Origin: the human T2T-CHM13v2.0 reference genome, Homo sapiens
DNA: 64,000 nucleotides
Assembly: GCF_009914755.1 (NCBI RefSeq)
Contig: NC_060930.1
Direction: 5' to 3' (one strand)
The notes under the pieces are model-generated. The model searched no databases, had not been told where the DNA came from, and was given only the letters and a program-made list of their open reading frames with translations. A program made the position numbers and the translations under genes. This document shows positions 39,541 through 53,150 of the stretch, piece by piece. How positions within the stretch are numbered: position 1 is the first letter of the stretch; each line of letters opens with the position of its first letter.

Positions 39541-42500
39541 TATTTTTAATTGACACAATTCCAACAAACCTGTCAAGTGGACTTCTCAGACAATTGCTGA
39601 TTAAAAACATCAAAATAGAAGAAATGGGGACATGGGGCGGTGTTGGGCTAGATGTCTTCTGGGAGTTTCATTGGTTCGGACTACTGTGATTTGAAGCATG
39701 GTGAGGGCAAGCAGAATAGAATCAAATCTCCTTTCTGTGTTCTCTTAGGGGACATTTATGGATAAAAAGTAACAGAGTCAGAAAAGACCAGATGAGTTTC
39801 TAAGCTTCAGAGTCATCTGCCCCCCTCCAGCTCCCCCAGCCCCCATTTTGGACCCTAAACAGACAAATAGCTGCTTCCTCTGCCACAAGGGCACACCTCA
39901 AATCCCACCTGACTGCCATCCTTTGTAATCTGTATCATGCAAAGGGACAGAAAACTGGGCACACAGTGGCGGCAAGGTCTGACCGATTGGGTAATTGGTC
40001 TTGGGCTCCCAGTCCAGGGACTGTATTCCACCTTGAGCCAAAGCCTGGCCACTGTGGAGAGAGGACATGCCTTCAGTCTGTTGTCCGACTGACCTGTGGT
40101 CAGACCCAGGAGAGACATGAAATAGGCTTCCAATCCATCCCTCTACAGTTAGGCTGAGGCACATTCTCAAATTACTCCTCTTTAGAAATCAATAACAGAT
40201 AAAAGTATATTTCCCTGTACACATATTGAACAGTGCCTTTTACCATTATACGGTCTTACATTATCTCACTACACACACAGCTAAAACAGACTTCTTCACC
40301 TGCAGATTCTGCCTTGGTCAGCTCTATTTCTGGCGTAAAGTTTTGGGGTAGCCACTTTGAAAACAGAATTCTTACAGTTTATGCAGCTAAGATCAGGGAC
40401 TCCCCGATCCTTTCATTTCCACCCTCTGTGCTAAATTCAGTCTGTGTGGGGAAATGGATAAAATGTTCACACACCAGCAAACTTCTTCCAGATACTTCCT
40501 TTGTGGGAAGAAAAGATGCCTTTGAGTGTGGATTTCTCAAGCTTAATTTCCTTTCCTATTATTGGATGCTGTTAGGACAGCCTCACCACCCAACATCCCC
40601 ATGGATATTGCATCACCTGCAAAATGGGTTAGGAATGGAGCCCATTGCAAAGAAAACACAGCCCAGAAGGAGAAGGGGCTCGCTTATCACTCAGGAGAGC
40701 AGCGGGAGAGCTTAGGGCAGGGGCCTGGCTCCGAATGACCTTGGCTTTTCTGGCTGTTTTGTCTACTCTGCTCATCCGTCAAGGCTCAGCTCAAGTCTCC
40801 TATTCTCTGCCCACTCCATGCCACCTCCACCTCCATTTGCTGTGGTCTGACTGTCCGTGATCTGGCCCTGGTGTCAGGCTGTGGCTTGTGTTTTCCTGTA
40901 AGTCTCCTCTCCCTAATCAAATCATAAGCCCCTTAAGTTGTGGAAGAAGCTGGGTGAGTGGGCCCTGTCTTCTCTGTCTTCTGCCTGAATCCCATCATGA
41001 CACTCAGCAAGTAGAAGTTCTCCATAACCTTTGGATGTGAAGTAATTGTGTGCTTGGGTTTTCTCTCTGTGGATGTGTTCTTGGTCAGGGATTTTTAAAC
41101 TCACTTAAAATTCTGGGACATTGAAGGCCAGAGATGATAAGTACGTTTGAGGCAAGCATCATTTCCCTCTGATGGATTGCGTGTGACTGGAATCCTCCAC
41201 TGAGTAGGCCCGGTATGTCTGGGCTCGGTGTGGAAAGGTGCTTAGCTCAATTAGCAACGCCTGTCTTCTTGAGCACAGAGTGGTAAGGAGTGGCAAGTGT
41301 GCCACAAATTTGCCATGCTTGATCTCATCCAACTGCTTCATCTTACAGTGGAAGAGACTGAGGTGCAGAGAGGGAAGTGACTTTATCCAAGGAAAATCAA
41401 TTTCCTAAAAGGACTTTGCACTTCGGGCGGTGAGCTAACACATTGGCACCATTCAGAAGCAGCTGCCTAGAGCATGGTCTCCGTAAGACCATCTTCTGCT
41501 TCCCTTTGAGGTGGTGGATTTTGACATGGGAAGACATATTAGGAAAAGGCATGAGTCAGATCTTCTGAAGCCGCTAAAGAGCATATTAAGCCACCGACAG
41601 CTTTTTCTGATTTTTGGTTTTCTTGCAGTAGTTCATCTGTTTTTCTTTTCTTTTTTTTTTTTTCCTTTTTAATGTAAACAGACTTTCTCCTTTGTAGCCA
41701 GCCAAGTCTCCCCGGTGAATTTGTTAGAGTAGGACAACTTTTATGACTTCACAACTGAAAGAATCGTAAAAAGCAACTGGATGTCATAAGAATTGGTGCT
41801 GCTCCTTCTGAGATCAGGCCCCAAGGTTTGAGCTGAGACTTGGCTCTCCTTGTTGCTTGGAATTGGCCACACCATGTCACATTGCTTAGAGTCTACTTAG
41901 CATTTCCTTCGTTCTGAATTATTTTCGCATTGATTGTTTAAACTAGCCCCCAGTAGACAGTGAACTCCTCTAGGGCAGGGACCGTGACTTACTTATTAAG
42001 TCACATCTCTCCCACAGCCCAGCAGACTACCTTGAACTCTGCCCATTCACCAGTTCATTCACTCACAGATGGCTGCATGCAAAAGCCATTTGTGGAATGC
42101 CTACCTTGTACTGCCAGAACTCATTAGGGAGAGAACTGCTTGGGCAAGATGGGTCATGCAGATAACATCAACTATTAAAATTCTCATGCAACAAGGATTC
42201 AGCCCAATGTGACTTTCCTTTGCACAGCTTGAGCTTTTTAGAGTGGTGAACACCACTGACACAGGCTTCCAGAGGGATCTGATTAAAGGGAAGATTGGGA
42301 AAAGCTGATGAGAAGGTGACAGCGATTCTTTGAGGAGAAACAATATCTTCAGCTTCAGAGTCCTAACTAGTCCTTCCCTTCTTTTATTCTTTTTCTTTCA
42401 TTTAACATATTTTTTGTGAAAAAATATATATACAAAAGTAGAGAAACTAGTATAACAAGCTCCACGACCCATCAATTATCTTTAACTCATGACCAATCTT

Positions 42501-42814
42501 GTTTCTTCTTTGTTTTACTCCCTGCCCCTGCCCTGGGTTATTTTGAAGCAAAGCGCAGATGTCAGATATCATTTCGCTTATATGTTTCAATATGTGTCTC
42601 TAAATGGGAATTTAAAAAAGATATTCATGATGCCACTATATATCTAAAATATTAGCAATGAACCCTTTAATAGTATCAAGTATACAGTTCTGTAATTGTC
42701 CCATAAATATTTCTTTTTTTATTTTTAAACAGTTTATCTATTTGTTTCAGTATCCAGATAAGGTCCATACATTGTGATTGGTCAGTATGTTTCCTAAGCC
42801 TCTTTTAATTTACA

Positions 42815-43041
42815 GCAGGAGCTTTTAACTAGGGGCAGTTTTGCTCCTAAAGGGGTAACTTGACAATGTCTGGGGACAATTTTGGTTGTCAAAACTGGGT
42901 TGGTGGGGAGTGTATCTAGTGGGTAGAAGCCAGGGATGCTGTTAAGCATCCTATCATGCTCAGGACAGCCCCCGAGACCCCTAACAACAAAAAATTATCC
43001 AGCCCCAATGACAAGGGTGTTGAGGTTGAGAACCCTGACCT
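42815..43041 (+). mobile_element. MER20 inside an old L1 (about 42400-43170)
   Basis: aatgtctggggacaattttggttgtca...gggatgctgttaagcatccta...aggttgagaaccctg. Confidence 0.85.
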
Positions 43042-44049
43042 AGAGGTTCCACCCCCTCTCTCTTTTCCTTGCAATTTATTAGTTGAGGAAAATAGAGTTT
43101 GTGCAGTCCCACAGAGTTCCCCTATGCTGGATTTTGCTCCTTGTGTGCCAGTGGTGCAATCTAACATGTTCCTGTGAGCTCTGTATTTCCTGTAACTGGG
43201 TGGTTGGAATGTTCACATTTTTCTCAAGGTGGCTCCTGTGCCCGTGCCACTCACAAATACAGGTATTTTCCTAGTGGGTGCGCTACTGCCTTCAGCTGGG
43301 TCCTCGTGTTGACCTGCCTTGTAGACAGGGCACACCTGCGGGAAACGTCACGCATCAGAGGAGAAGCACTTCCCCGGGCCCGGGCTCTGTCCTGGTGGCC
43401 CCATTTGGCCTCCCTGTGTGTCCTTCTTCCAACTGGGCTAGTCGTCCTCCAGCTTAAGCAAAACATCTGTCCTTTTGTGGTTTTCAATTTGACACTAAGA
43501 AACTTGACATTTACACAGATGCAAGTTTTCAAAGCAGGTTCCAGGAATTAAAGTTATTCTTAATCAAATTAGCCCTTGAAACAATCCGGAAGCTCTTGAG
43601 TCTGCAGCTGGCGTGCTGTCCATCCACACTCCCCAGATCTACAGGGGGCAATTCACACACAGCCCTTGCAGCGGCCCCCATGGCTTGTCCAAAAGCCAAA
43701 TTCCTGCCATTCCAACGGTTGAGGACAAAAACCACAGAGACAAAGGTAGAGAACAAGACTCCTGCTTGTCAAGGAAAACAGCTCAGAGCCCTGCAATTTA
43801 ATTTTTAAGACAGGCGAGGCCCTCACCCAATAATTGGGCATAAAGTAAGACACACAGTCAGCAGCAAGAGGTGAGAATTCACAGCAGAAAGAGTGGAGGG
43901 ACCATTTCAAAGCCCCAGTGGTCTGCGCCTATTTAGGGCAGAGATAAATAGCCTACTCAGCTCTGTAGCCCCTAGGGCTGTAATTATAATCACCATCATC
44001 AGTGTCCAGGACACGTGTCTAAGTCATCAAGAGCAAGACCGAAGGAAAG

Positions 44050-44560
44050 TTGGTGCTGAAATGATGGAGGGAGAACTGTTTATTGCCCACTGCTCTGGGC
44101 GCTGGGAGTACAAGGGGAAAAGACACAAGCCCAGCCTTCAAGAAGTTTATGTGGGCGAACAGGAAGGATTTCTGTGGGGTGAAATTCCATAAATGAGGGA
44201 GCACAGTAAGGTAGACCTAATGCAGCTTGAGAAAACTTCCAGGAGAAGCCGACAGCTGGGTTGCGCCCAAGAGGAACAGAAGTTAGCCAGGTAGAAGGGT
44301 GACAACAGGACTCTACAGTTCAGACCTGCAAGGGGCATGGCCTGGCTGGCAGGTGGGGCAGGAGAGTGTCCATGAGAATGTTCTGTGCAGCAAACCAAGC
44401 ACTCGAAGTTTGTTCTCTGAGCTGAAGGGAGTTTTGAAGGTTTTAAGTAGGGGAGGGACATGATGTGATTTACATTTTGGAAAAGGTTAATCTGGCTGAA
44501 AGGATCAGGACAGGAGGGGGAGCAAAAGCAGGGCTCCCTTAGTGGTTGACAGTAACCCAG
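44050..44560. mobile_element. L2 fragment
   Basis: gaaggttttaagtagggg...catgatgtgatttacattttggaaaagg. Confidence 0.6.
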
Positions 44561-45286
44561 GCAAGCAAGGGAAGGGCCTGAAGGCAGTGGAGGTAAAGAG
44601 GAAGGGGCAAGGGACAATGGGATTATTGCAAGGCATCCCCCAGAATGCTATCCCCTACAGGGTCAAAGCCATCTCTCCGGGAGGAGACAGACTCCTGGTG
44701 CTATTAAGGTCACAGATAGGGAGCGATGCTCTCTGGATCCCAACCCAGCTCTGACTCCCAACACCAAACCAGTTCCAGGCTGGCAGGGCTGTCCTGCATT
44801 TTATGTCTTTGATGAAATTATGCCCAATGTGATATGTAATTTTTTTAAGGTAGGAAAGCATAATATGCTTTAGGAAGATTTCTATAAAACAATTAAAATA
44901 TCAAAGGGTGCTTTCTCTGGAGAGAACCTGGTAAGTCATGAAGCTGGTGTCCCGATGCCAAGTGGTGACTGTAAAAGTATGTGTTCCAGCCACTGGGAAC
45001 ATGGGCTCCAAGAGAGGCCCCATCATTCAAGGTCTAGGGGGTGGCAGGGCGGGGTGGTGGTCCTTTAGAAGGGCTGTGTCTGACCTAGAGACCAACGGGG
45101 AGGTGAAAGATGAAAGGCTTTGAGAGAGAAGGACAGTGTGGGCAGCTTTTTAGAAAGGGCAGAGCCGGGCCCTGCTGCCATGGGAAGGGGCTCGCTGTGT
45201 TTACACGGTGACATCGGACCCACCACCAATGGCTCTTATTGAAAAGTGCGGTGGTCTCCACAGGAAGAGGAGAATGGTATGTTTCA

Positions 45287-45291
<5 letters not shown>

Positions 45292-45327
<36 letters not shown>

Positions 45328-45368
45328 CCCCCCCCCCCCCCACCACACACACATGCATACACATACAC
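45292..45368. repeat. Compound (CT)n - poly(C) - (CA)n repeat
   Basis: Directly visible. Confidence 0.95.
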
Positions 45369-48300
45369 AGTCTTTTTAAATGTAAAGAGCAAGGGGAAAA
45401 TGTCTATTTGCACATCTGGCTTGTTCTTTAAATAGCTCATTCCAAGAAAGAAATATGTTCTCCCTGCCTTAATTTATGTTTCTACCTTTTTCTTCCAATA
45501 GGCCTGCAGGAGGAAAGAGGGAGGGAGGGGAGGCCTGAGGCCTTGCAGGGATTCGGCAATGGCTTTGGTATGCTGCTGCCTACACAGCAGCATTTAACCC
45601 AATTACAGGATAATAAGGGCTCAGACAAATTATCTGCAAATAGATATGTCTATATGTAAACCCTCGTATTTGGAACATGCGTCTGGAGCCAAAGAAAAGT
45701 TAAGTGCTTAGCCAGAGAGCGACTGAGCTCACAGTTTTTTTCCCCCTCAGACCTGCATGTGGAGATACTTGACTTAGATAAATAAGAAATCCCAGGTACA
45801 GGCTAGATCCAGATGAGCAGTTTGACAGAAGGAGGAAGAGACTGTGCTCCCAGACTATTGCCATTTGGGGTATGTGCCTGCCCAGTGACCCAGGGGACAC
45901 TGAGGGGCTTCGCTGGGTTGGCCCAGAGTGGCCCTCACACAGACTGCGGTCTCCGGGGGCTGCCTGGCCACCCTCCTCCCCTTCCTTCCCAGACAGCAAG
46001 AGCAGACCACCTAGAGAAATGCTCACAGCCCAGCCCAAAAGAAATTGCTGCAAGCCTAATTCACAAAGGCCATGGGCTGGGCTAAGGGCAAGTGGGGACA
46101 AAAGCAATGGAAGCTTTGTGCATTTTAGGATTCAAAGCCATCAACCAATGCTCAAAGAACTCCTGTGCTCATCAGCCCCCACACTTGAGCTGCACAGCAG
46201 AGAAAGACACTGAGGTGCAGAGAGGAGCCTCATGTTCTGGCCCATGAGGAAGTCAAAGCAGAAAGAACCCAGGTGTCCCCTCCACAGCACAGGACTCTTT
46301 TTGGGGCCAGCACCGCCCTCCAAGGAAGAACATGGCTGGGGAGTGGAAAACTGTTCTGGGCGGCACAGCTCCTCTCTGAGAGCACAATCTAGAAGAAGCT
46401 GGAATTTGTTTTCTTTTTTTCCCTTTGTCTCCCTAATAATTTACCCCTAGAGGAAACTTTTACAAATATGAATTACGTAATGCGCACAACAAAGTGTGCA
46501 TTGCGTGATGCAAAATCCCTTCGTTGCCATGGGGGTATGTTTGCTTGAGTACAAACAGGAGCATGATCGGGGACGGCTCTGTGTGTGGGTCTGTGTGTGT
46601 CTGTGTGAGTGGCCGTCCCACAGCGGGCCCAGCACTATGATCTCTGAACCATTGTGCTGGCTTAACAGTTTACCCATTTCTCCATTCCACCGTGTGCTTG
46701 CTGGGCTACAGTTTTCTGCATTATGATGTGTTCTGCTGCACCTTAAAAACTGTTTTCTTTAGACAGGGTGTTTGCTGTTTTATATGGGGCTATTGAAACC
46801 AGCCCACATGTAGGCCTTGGAAAGTAGTTTTGATTCCCAGGGAGAGGGAAGTGTACCAACTGAGGCAGCTTTCCCAGAGGTTGTGGGGAGAGGGGGCTTT
46901 TCAGGTAAGACCTGCTAAAGACACCTGGACACTTTCCCTTGTCATTTCCAGGAACATCTTAAATCAGTTTGAACATCTGCAAGGCTTTGAGGATGGTCAA
47001 GTCAGGGCCTGGTGGGGAGGCTGGAGGAGGGAAGAAGCCCAGATGTCCAGCCTTAAAAGTCCTCTGTCTTAACTCTTGGAAGATGCCCCCAATCCAGCCA
47101 GGCCCACTCCTGCCTGCTTCTACCACCTGTTTTAGTACCAAGGTTTTAAATTTAGTTCAGTGTTCATAGAGCAGGGGCAGCTGAGTATGGAGCAGGGCAG
47201 GGAACGGTGGAGAGACCAGGGTGTTGCTTTTTTTTCAGACAGGAGGCCTGGCTTTTGTCGGGTGTGAGGAGGGACCCAGGTGTTTTTAGGCAGCCCCCAG
47301 AGCAGGCCTGGCTGTCTGGAGTGGATTTCAATTCTCATTTGCCAAACTACACTTTCAAGAGGTGTCAGATATCGAAAACCTCTCCCCCAAGCCAAAGCAA
47401 GCATTTGGGGAAGGAGAGGCACAGAAGGGGCTGCGGACGGTAGGAGAATATGCTGGCTTTTAAATTGGGAAAGAGAAATGTTCCTTCACATAGTGTTCCA
47501 CGATGGGTATTTGTTTTTAAAATAATTGGTTAAGCTGTTCATAAAACCAGGTAAGTCTATTCTGCATTGCAAAGAAGACTGGGCAGAGCCTGGTCTTCCT
47601 GGCACAGGTGGGATTTTTGTAAACCAGAGCTTTACAAGACAAGGGCAGGGGCTGTGTCCTGGTGACCTGAGATGACCCACTTCTTAAGGGAAACCCAGAG
47701 GAGGAGAAGGAGGGAACGGCAAGAAAAGGTGTGAGGGAAGCATTGGAAGGAATGGAGGAAGGAGAGAAAGAGGAGAAGAAGGGAAGAGAAGGAGAAGAGG
47801 GAGAGGATGAAGGAAAGCAGGCGTGAGCACAAGTTTCTAACTCTGGGGTCTCAGGCCCCTCACCTGTATGAAGGACGAGGCTGGCAGAGCTTGGGAGCCC
47901 CAGGCTGTCTCAGCGCCTCCATCCTTAAGCATCAATAACTTCATTGACAGTTGCCCCCTCTATAGGGTTCAGCATTCTCTCTAGTGACTCATGAAAGCAT
48001 AAAATCAAGACATTCTGGGAAGCCAAGGGAATCTGGTTTAAAATGTGTGTTTGGGGAATGGAAAGCATTAGAAGAATGCTTGTGTCTGGACTATTCTGTT
48101 GTTTTCATCCTCTGTTTTCTCTTCAAATTAATGGATGAGTCATGGTCGTCTTTAGGCCTGTGAAATGCCTCCACAGGGGGTGTTGGGGGAGCTGGGATCT
48201 GACAGTCGCATTTGCTCCGGCTTTTTGGACTGTTCAGACCTGTGGCTGTTTTCCTCTTCCTCTTTCTATGTGTCTCCAGAGAAAGGATCTTTCCCATTAA

Positions 48301-49570
48301 TAAGCAACACAACTTGAATGTGTTTCTCCTCCCTCCTCCTACCACCAGGACTAGACCGCCCACCTTGAATAAAACCCAGCCAAGTTACAGGATTTGCAGG
48401 CCAGGTTCCCCTGGATCTCTGCATGGTGCAGAATCTGGGAGGCCAGTTCCCATCTAGTTGAAGCCCTTCCTTTGCCCCACACACCTTTGATTCATCCCCC
48501 AGTGTCTGCCTTTTGTCAGTTCCCCAAACCAAGGGCACCCCTTCAGAGTGCACAGAAATAGCTTGTCAACCATCACAGGGTTAAAGAACAAGGTACAGCA
48601 GAGCCCCATTTTGCCGAGGTGCCTTCCCTCTTTTCTCCCTGCAGGTGGGCCCCTCCCTTCTCTTGCGCTTCAAGGACTCCGCTCCTCCAGGGCCCACTGT
48701 TCAGCCTCCTTGGCCCTGCCCTGCTAAGCCTGCTCTGGCCCCACACAGCGCTGAGCCCCTGGGACTTTCACAAGCCAGCCATGCCCCATGATTATCTCTT
48801 GAGGGAGTCCTTCTTTCCTCTGCCTCCATAAAACCAGCTGTTCCTGAATGCTGGCGTTAGGAATGTGATATGTGATAATAAAAGGGACGAGAAAGAGAGA
48901 AGAGGGAGCATCTCATCTGAAGAGCTCTGCCAGCCTTCCCAAAGCCCTTTGCAGTTCCTACCCCTGCCGACAGATGGCTAAGTGACATCCTTGACTTGCT
49001 GTGCCGCCACCACCCTCACCCTGCCTCCAGCGTCCCTGGGGAAAGAGACCAAGACTTCTTTCATGGAGTGCCTACTATGCACCTAGAGTTTTTCATTATG
49101 CCCCAGGAACCCTGCCATTGAATCAGGAAACCGCTGAGGTTCAGGGAGGTTACTAAGCAGCCCAAGGTCACCTACCCAGAGAGGGGGCAAGCCAGATTCA
49201 CTTCTGGATTCATCAACCTTCCAAGCAGGAGCTGACTGCCTCCTGGGCCCCAGAAACATCTTCCCAACCTCTAACTCATTTTTCTTCTTCCGGAAGACAG
49301 AACTGGCAGCATCCACGGCCCACTGCTCTCAGAGTCCTGGCCCACGGGCTCAGTCTTGAAACTACATCTTAGCTTGAGGCCAAGCGGTCTCCTGTGCCCA
49401 GATGAGACCTGCTGGGGAGGGAGTGGCAGAGAGGGCTGGAGAGCTAAGCCTGCCCCATCCCCCGTACCCGCATTTCCCCCTCTCTCCCCATCCCAGCCAA
49501 CGTCCAAAATGCCTGAGTTTGTTGTGCCAAAATTAGGCAAAGAACATTTATACCTTATTACCAAGCCACA

Positions 49571-49640
49571 TAGCAACAACTATGCAAATGATTAATTATG
49601 CATCAGATAACCTTCGCTGTACGTTTGATTTAATTACAAC
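49571..49640. promoter_or_regulatory. Candidate POU/homeodomain motif cluster
   Basis: ATGCAAAT (49582-49589), TAATTATGCAT, AGATAA and TTAATTA within 70 bp. Confidence 0.4.
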
Positions 49641-49689
49641 ACTAAAATTCCAAATACATATATTCCATCTTTATAGATTCTTGCTTGTT

Positions 49690-50190
49690 GACTATGGTCA
49701 TTTACTCAAAATAAATTGAGGGAACATTGTTTATACATGCCAGTTTCAAAGCCAGTAGAGAAAAGCTGATGTTTATGTAAGATGTGATTATAAAATAATG
49801 ACTGTGTTTTTTCAGCAAACAGAGTAGGACTCCAAAGACATTCCACTGGAAGGCTCCATCCAATTCCAGTGGAGTTGCCATCGCTCAAGTTCCTTGTGGC
49901 ATCTCTTTTGGAATTGCCTTCAGAGTCCATTTGTGTGGGCCACATGGAAAAAAAAATAAACCACTCCGTCCCACCTCGTTATTGACCAAAAAATTTCATT
50001 ACCCAGTTTGATTACTCACCTAATTCACTGGGATTGGCTTCAAATGATTTTCAGTTGCTTCTAAATATCAGATCAACCCTGAAATGATGAGAGTTAGCAG
50101 GCTTTGAAGGACATTTCCAAGTACACTGAGCAGGCTCTGAGAACAATCCCAACAGAGTCAGGATCCAGGCAGCGTTGGCGGCGAAGTCAG
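49690..50190 (+). mobile_element. MARNA-like mariner relic
   Basis: From 49998 translates ITQFDYSPNSLGLASNDFQLLLNIRSTLK, a decayed mariner HPPYSPDLAPxDF motif. Confidence 0.75.
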
Positions 50191-50479
50191 TTTTGAGCTG
50201 AACCTTGAAGGATGAGAAAGCTCTGAGTGACCATATGAGCGCTCTTCAATGTACCAAGTGCTTTTTCCACCTAGCCCTTCTTTGGAGTCTCGCAGCAGTG
50301 GGAGGTGTTGTGATGATCACGCAATGGTAGGTGAGGGATTTAAAGGCCAGAGGGAAATCATTCATCCCAGTCCCATAGCTAGAAGACAAATAACAGGGCT
50401 GGAACTTGAAATCAAGGCTTTGTGTGCCTGCATGCATAGTGTCCACCTTCCCCCAATGTCCTGCAGGATCTCAGGAGGC

Positions 50480-51170
50480 AGAAGCCAGTGAGTAGGCTGG
50501 GCTGCCTGAAAGAGAGGAGTCCTGTAAACAAGAGGAGGAAGGCAAGGCCAAGGTGGTAGTTTGGGCTGGATTCTGGGAAGCTGTTGGTGCCAGGTTAAAG
50601 AGCATGACAGAGATTGAATGCTGTAGCTCCTGGGCACAGACCAGTGGTGGGGACAGCATGGGACCCCCCAACATTGTTGGCTCTTTCCAGACCTGGACAA
50701 CAAGGTGTTCTGAGATGCCCCAACATGGTGAACACTGCAGGCTGCTTCACTAAACATCTGCCTAAACCAGCCTCTCTGACTTTCCCAAATATGAGGGGTT
50801 GGTTCTCTGCAGCCAGAGTTACCTGCTAATGGCGCAGGTATAGCAAATGGCAGCCTCACATGTGGCAGGAAAGATGGCAGCGAGCAACATGAGTGGTGGC
50901 CAAGTGTGGGTACATTGGATCCCCTGGGGACATGTTTGTTTTTTCTGGAACCATCCTGACTGGTTCCCAACATCATGGGTGTAGAGTTTCTGCTGAAATT
51001 GTCCTGTGGTGTGGTTGGGTATTTGTCTAGTCTGCATTGTTTTTGGTTGGGCAGCATCCTGGCTTGGTTCCTGGGCCTCCCAAGAAACTTTGCAAACTCC
51101 CACATACTCTGTAATAAACTCATTTTCATGTCAATAGCTAGAGTAGACTCTGTTGTCTGCAATTAAGCAC
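50480..51170 (+). mobile_element. ERVL LTR (LTR16/LTR33-like)
   Basis: 3' end gtaataaactc...gctagagtagactctgttgtctgcaattaag; 5' boundary approximate. Confidence 0.55.
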
Positions 51171-52259
51171 TTTGTTCAATCCATCCTTCCGTACATTGCA
51201 CAGATGTATTCTTTTCTTTAAACAATTTATTCAACATCTACTAGTATCAAGTTTTGTGTTTTGACTTGCATTTTTCTTGTTTAATACAACAACTGCCTTG
51301 TGACATAGTACCTACTAAGAGAGGAGTACACTGAAGCTCAGAGAGGTTAAGAAACATAACTCAAGCTGCAGAGCCAGATTTGGGCAGATTTTCAAGTTGT
51401 CTACCACTTTCCCATGACCTAAAGGTCTGAGAAAAGGATGCACTGGTGAAGGAACAAAGGTGTGTGTGTCTTTTTAAAGACAGGAGGTCCAGCGGGCCAG
51501 AGCGTTTTGAGAGGCCCTGACTGCACAACCTCAGGACAGATTTGATAATGAGAAACTGAGGCAAGGACCAGAGAGAAGGCTAATTTGGGCCCTTGTCCTC
51601 ATTAGGTGCACCCTATCTTTGGGTGTGCCTTGCTTACTAATGGTGATGGATTCTGTAAAATGAGGCCAGATTCCTGTAAATTGAGATATGATTTTAAAGA
51701 CACTTCGACAGCTCACTATTCACAAGACTACTGCAGAACCTCCTTTTATCATGGGAAGAAGCCTTTTGTGATCATACTGTCTTCTCTGCTTTCCTTTGTA
51801 ATTCAAGATTTTCACAGATGGAGTCAGTGCACAGTGGGGTCCACCTTCCTTCTCTGCAGCCTCACCAAGGCTTCCCAGTGCTCTCCGGGCAAAAGGTTAA
51901 GGCAAGAGGAAGGGGAGTGTTTTAGTTCCAAAAATATCCCCTCTCTTTGAAGCAGGTGAATTCTTTCTATGCTTAGTTCTTTGGAACAAGGGTTGAAAGC
52001 CCAGGGCTCAATCCTTTCTTGTTGCAGAGAAATGGTTTGATCAGGGCTAGTCTCCATTTCTCAGCAACAAGGAACTGAAAACATGGAGGGCAACGATTTA
52101 CATCAATGTGTTCAGCCTTCCCACTTCAGGTTCCCTCCATGACTTCTGGTTCCCCCCACGGCTCGAGGCAGGATGCCTCCCCTGCCCAGTGGGAACAGGG
52201 TCCCCAGCAGCCAGAGGAGTGCTCCTGGCAGCTCTGGCCTGGGACGGCCCCTAGGAGGC

Positions 52260-52570
52260 CCCCTCCCAACTCCTCCCCTCCTTAATTTCCTCACCCCCTT
52301 CACTCCCTTACCCCCTCATCTCCTTCAGCATCCTCACCTCCTTCACCCCCTTGCTCTCTCACCCCTCACCTTACTTATCTCTTTACCCCACCCTCCACTC
52401 CTCCCAAATTCTCCTAGCCCCCTTACACCCCTAATTCCTCTAATGTCTCTTACACTCTCAATCCCCAGCCCCTCAGTTCTTCTCTCCCCCTCCTCTCCCT
52501 CAGCCCCCCACCCCTCCCCTCCCTTACACTTCCCCACCATACCCTGCTCCCTTTGCATCCCTGCACCTTC
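52260..52570. repeat. C/T-rich low-complexity tract
   Basis: Almost G-free on the + strand. Confidence 0.85.
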
Positions 52571-52669
52571 GGCCCTGCACACAGCTGCTTCACCTCATCC
52601 GCAACCAGTTCCTTTTAGTAGAGGCTGGTCTGATGAAAACCAACCCAGGCCAATTTTCTGTAGATTCTG

Positions 52670-53150
52670 GATATGATCATTTCTATTGCAATGAATAGAA
52701 AACTTAGCTCAAAAACCGACTTGAACAGTAAGGGAATAACATATTAGAAAATGCAATGGAAAGGCCAGGAGTGGTTCAACTTGCAGGAATGGTTTGATCA
52801 GGGCTATGTCTCCATTTCTCTGTGATCTGCCCAGTTCTGTCCTTTTTGATGATTTGGCTTCATTTCATCCTGATTTCTCAGATGGTGGCAAAACAGCTGC
52901 AATTGTTCTGGGCCTCACATCCGCATACCACACTGTGGAGTGTGAGAGAGAGAGAGCTCTCCCACCCCACCCCCAAATATTTAACACGAGTCCTGTGCTT
53001 CACTCTGATTTAGCCAGCCTCAGACAGACATTATGGCCAGGAGAGTGTCAAGCACTGATGGGCTTGAGCCTAAGTTCCTTCCCATCCCGGAACAAATAAA
53101 TCACTGTGGCAAGGGGGATGAAACTACATGGACTGGCTTATGGAGCTAGG
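52670..53150. mobile_element. MLT1K/L-like LTR
   Basis: tgcaatgaatagaaaac...ggtttgatcaggg...gggcctcacatccgcatacc. Confidence 0.6.

Noticed and set aside
45502-45567. Plus-strand AG...GT segment (66 nt)
   Set aside because: Isolated, with no partner exons or coding signal; compatible with chance.
50362-51162. Longest ORF (266 aa, minus strand)
   Set aside because: Lies antisense within an LTR-like repeat, starts at a non-ATG codon and has no recognisable domain.
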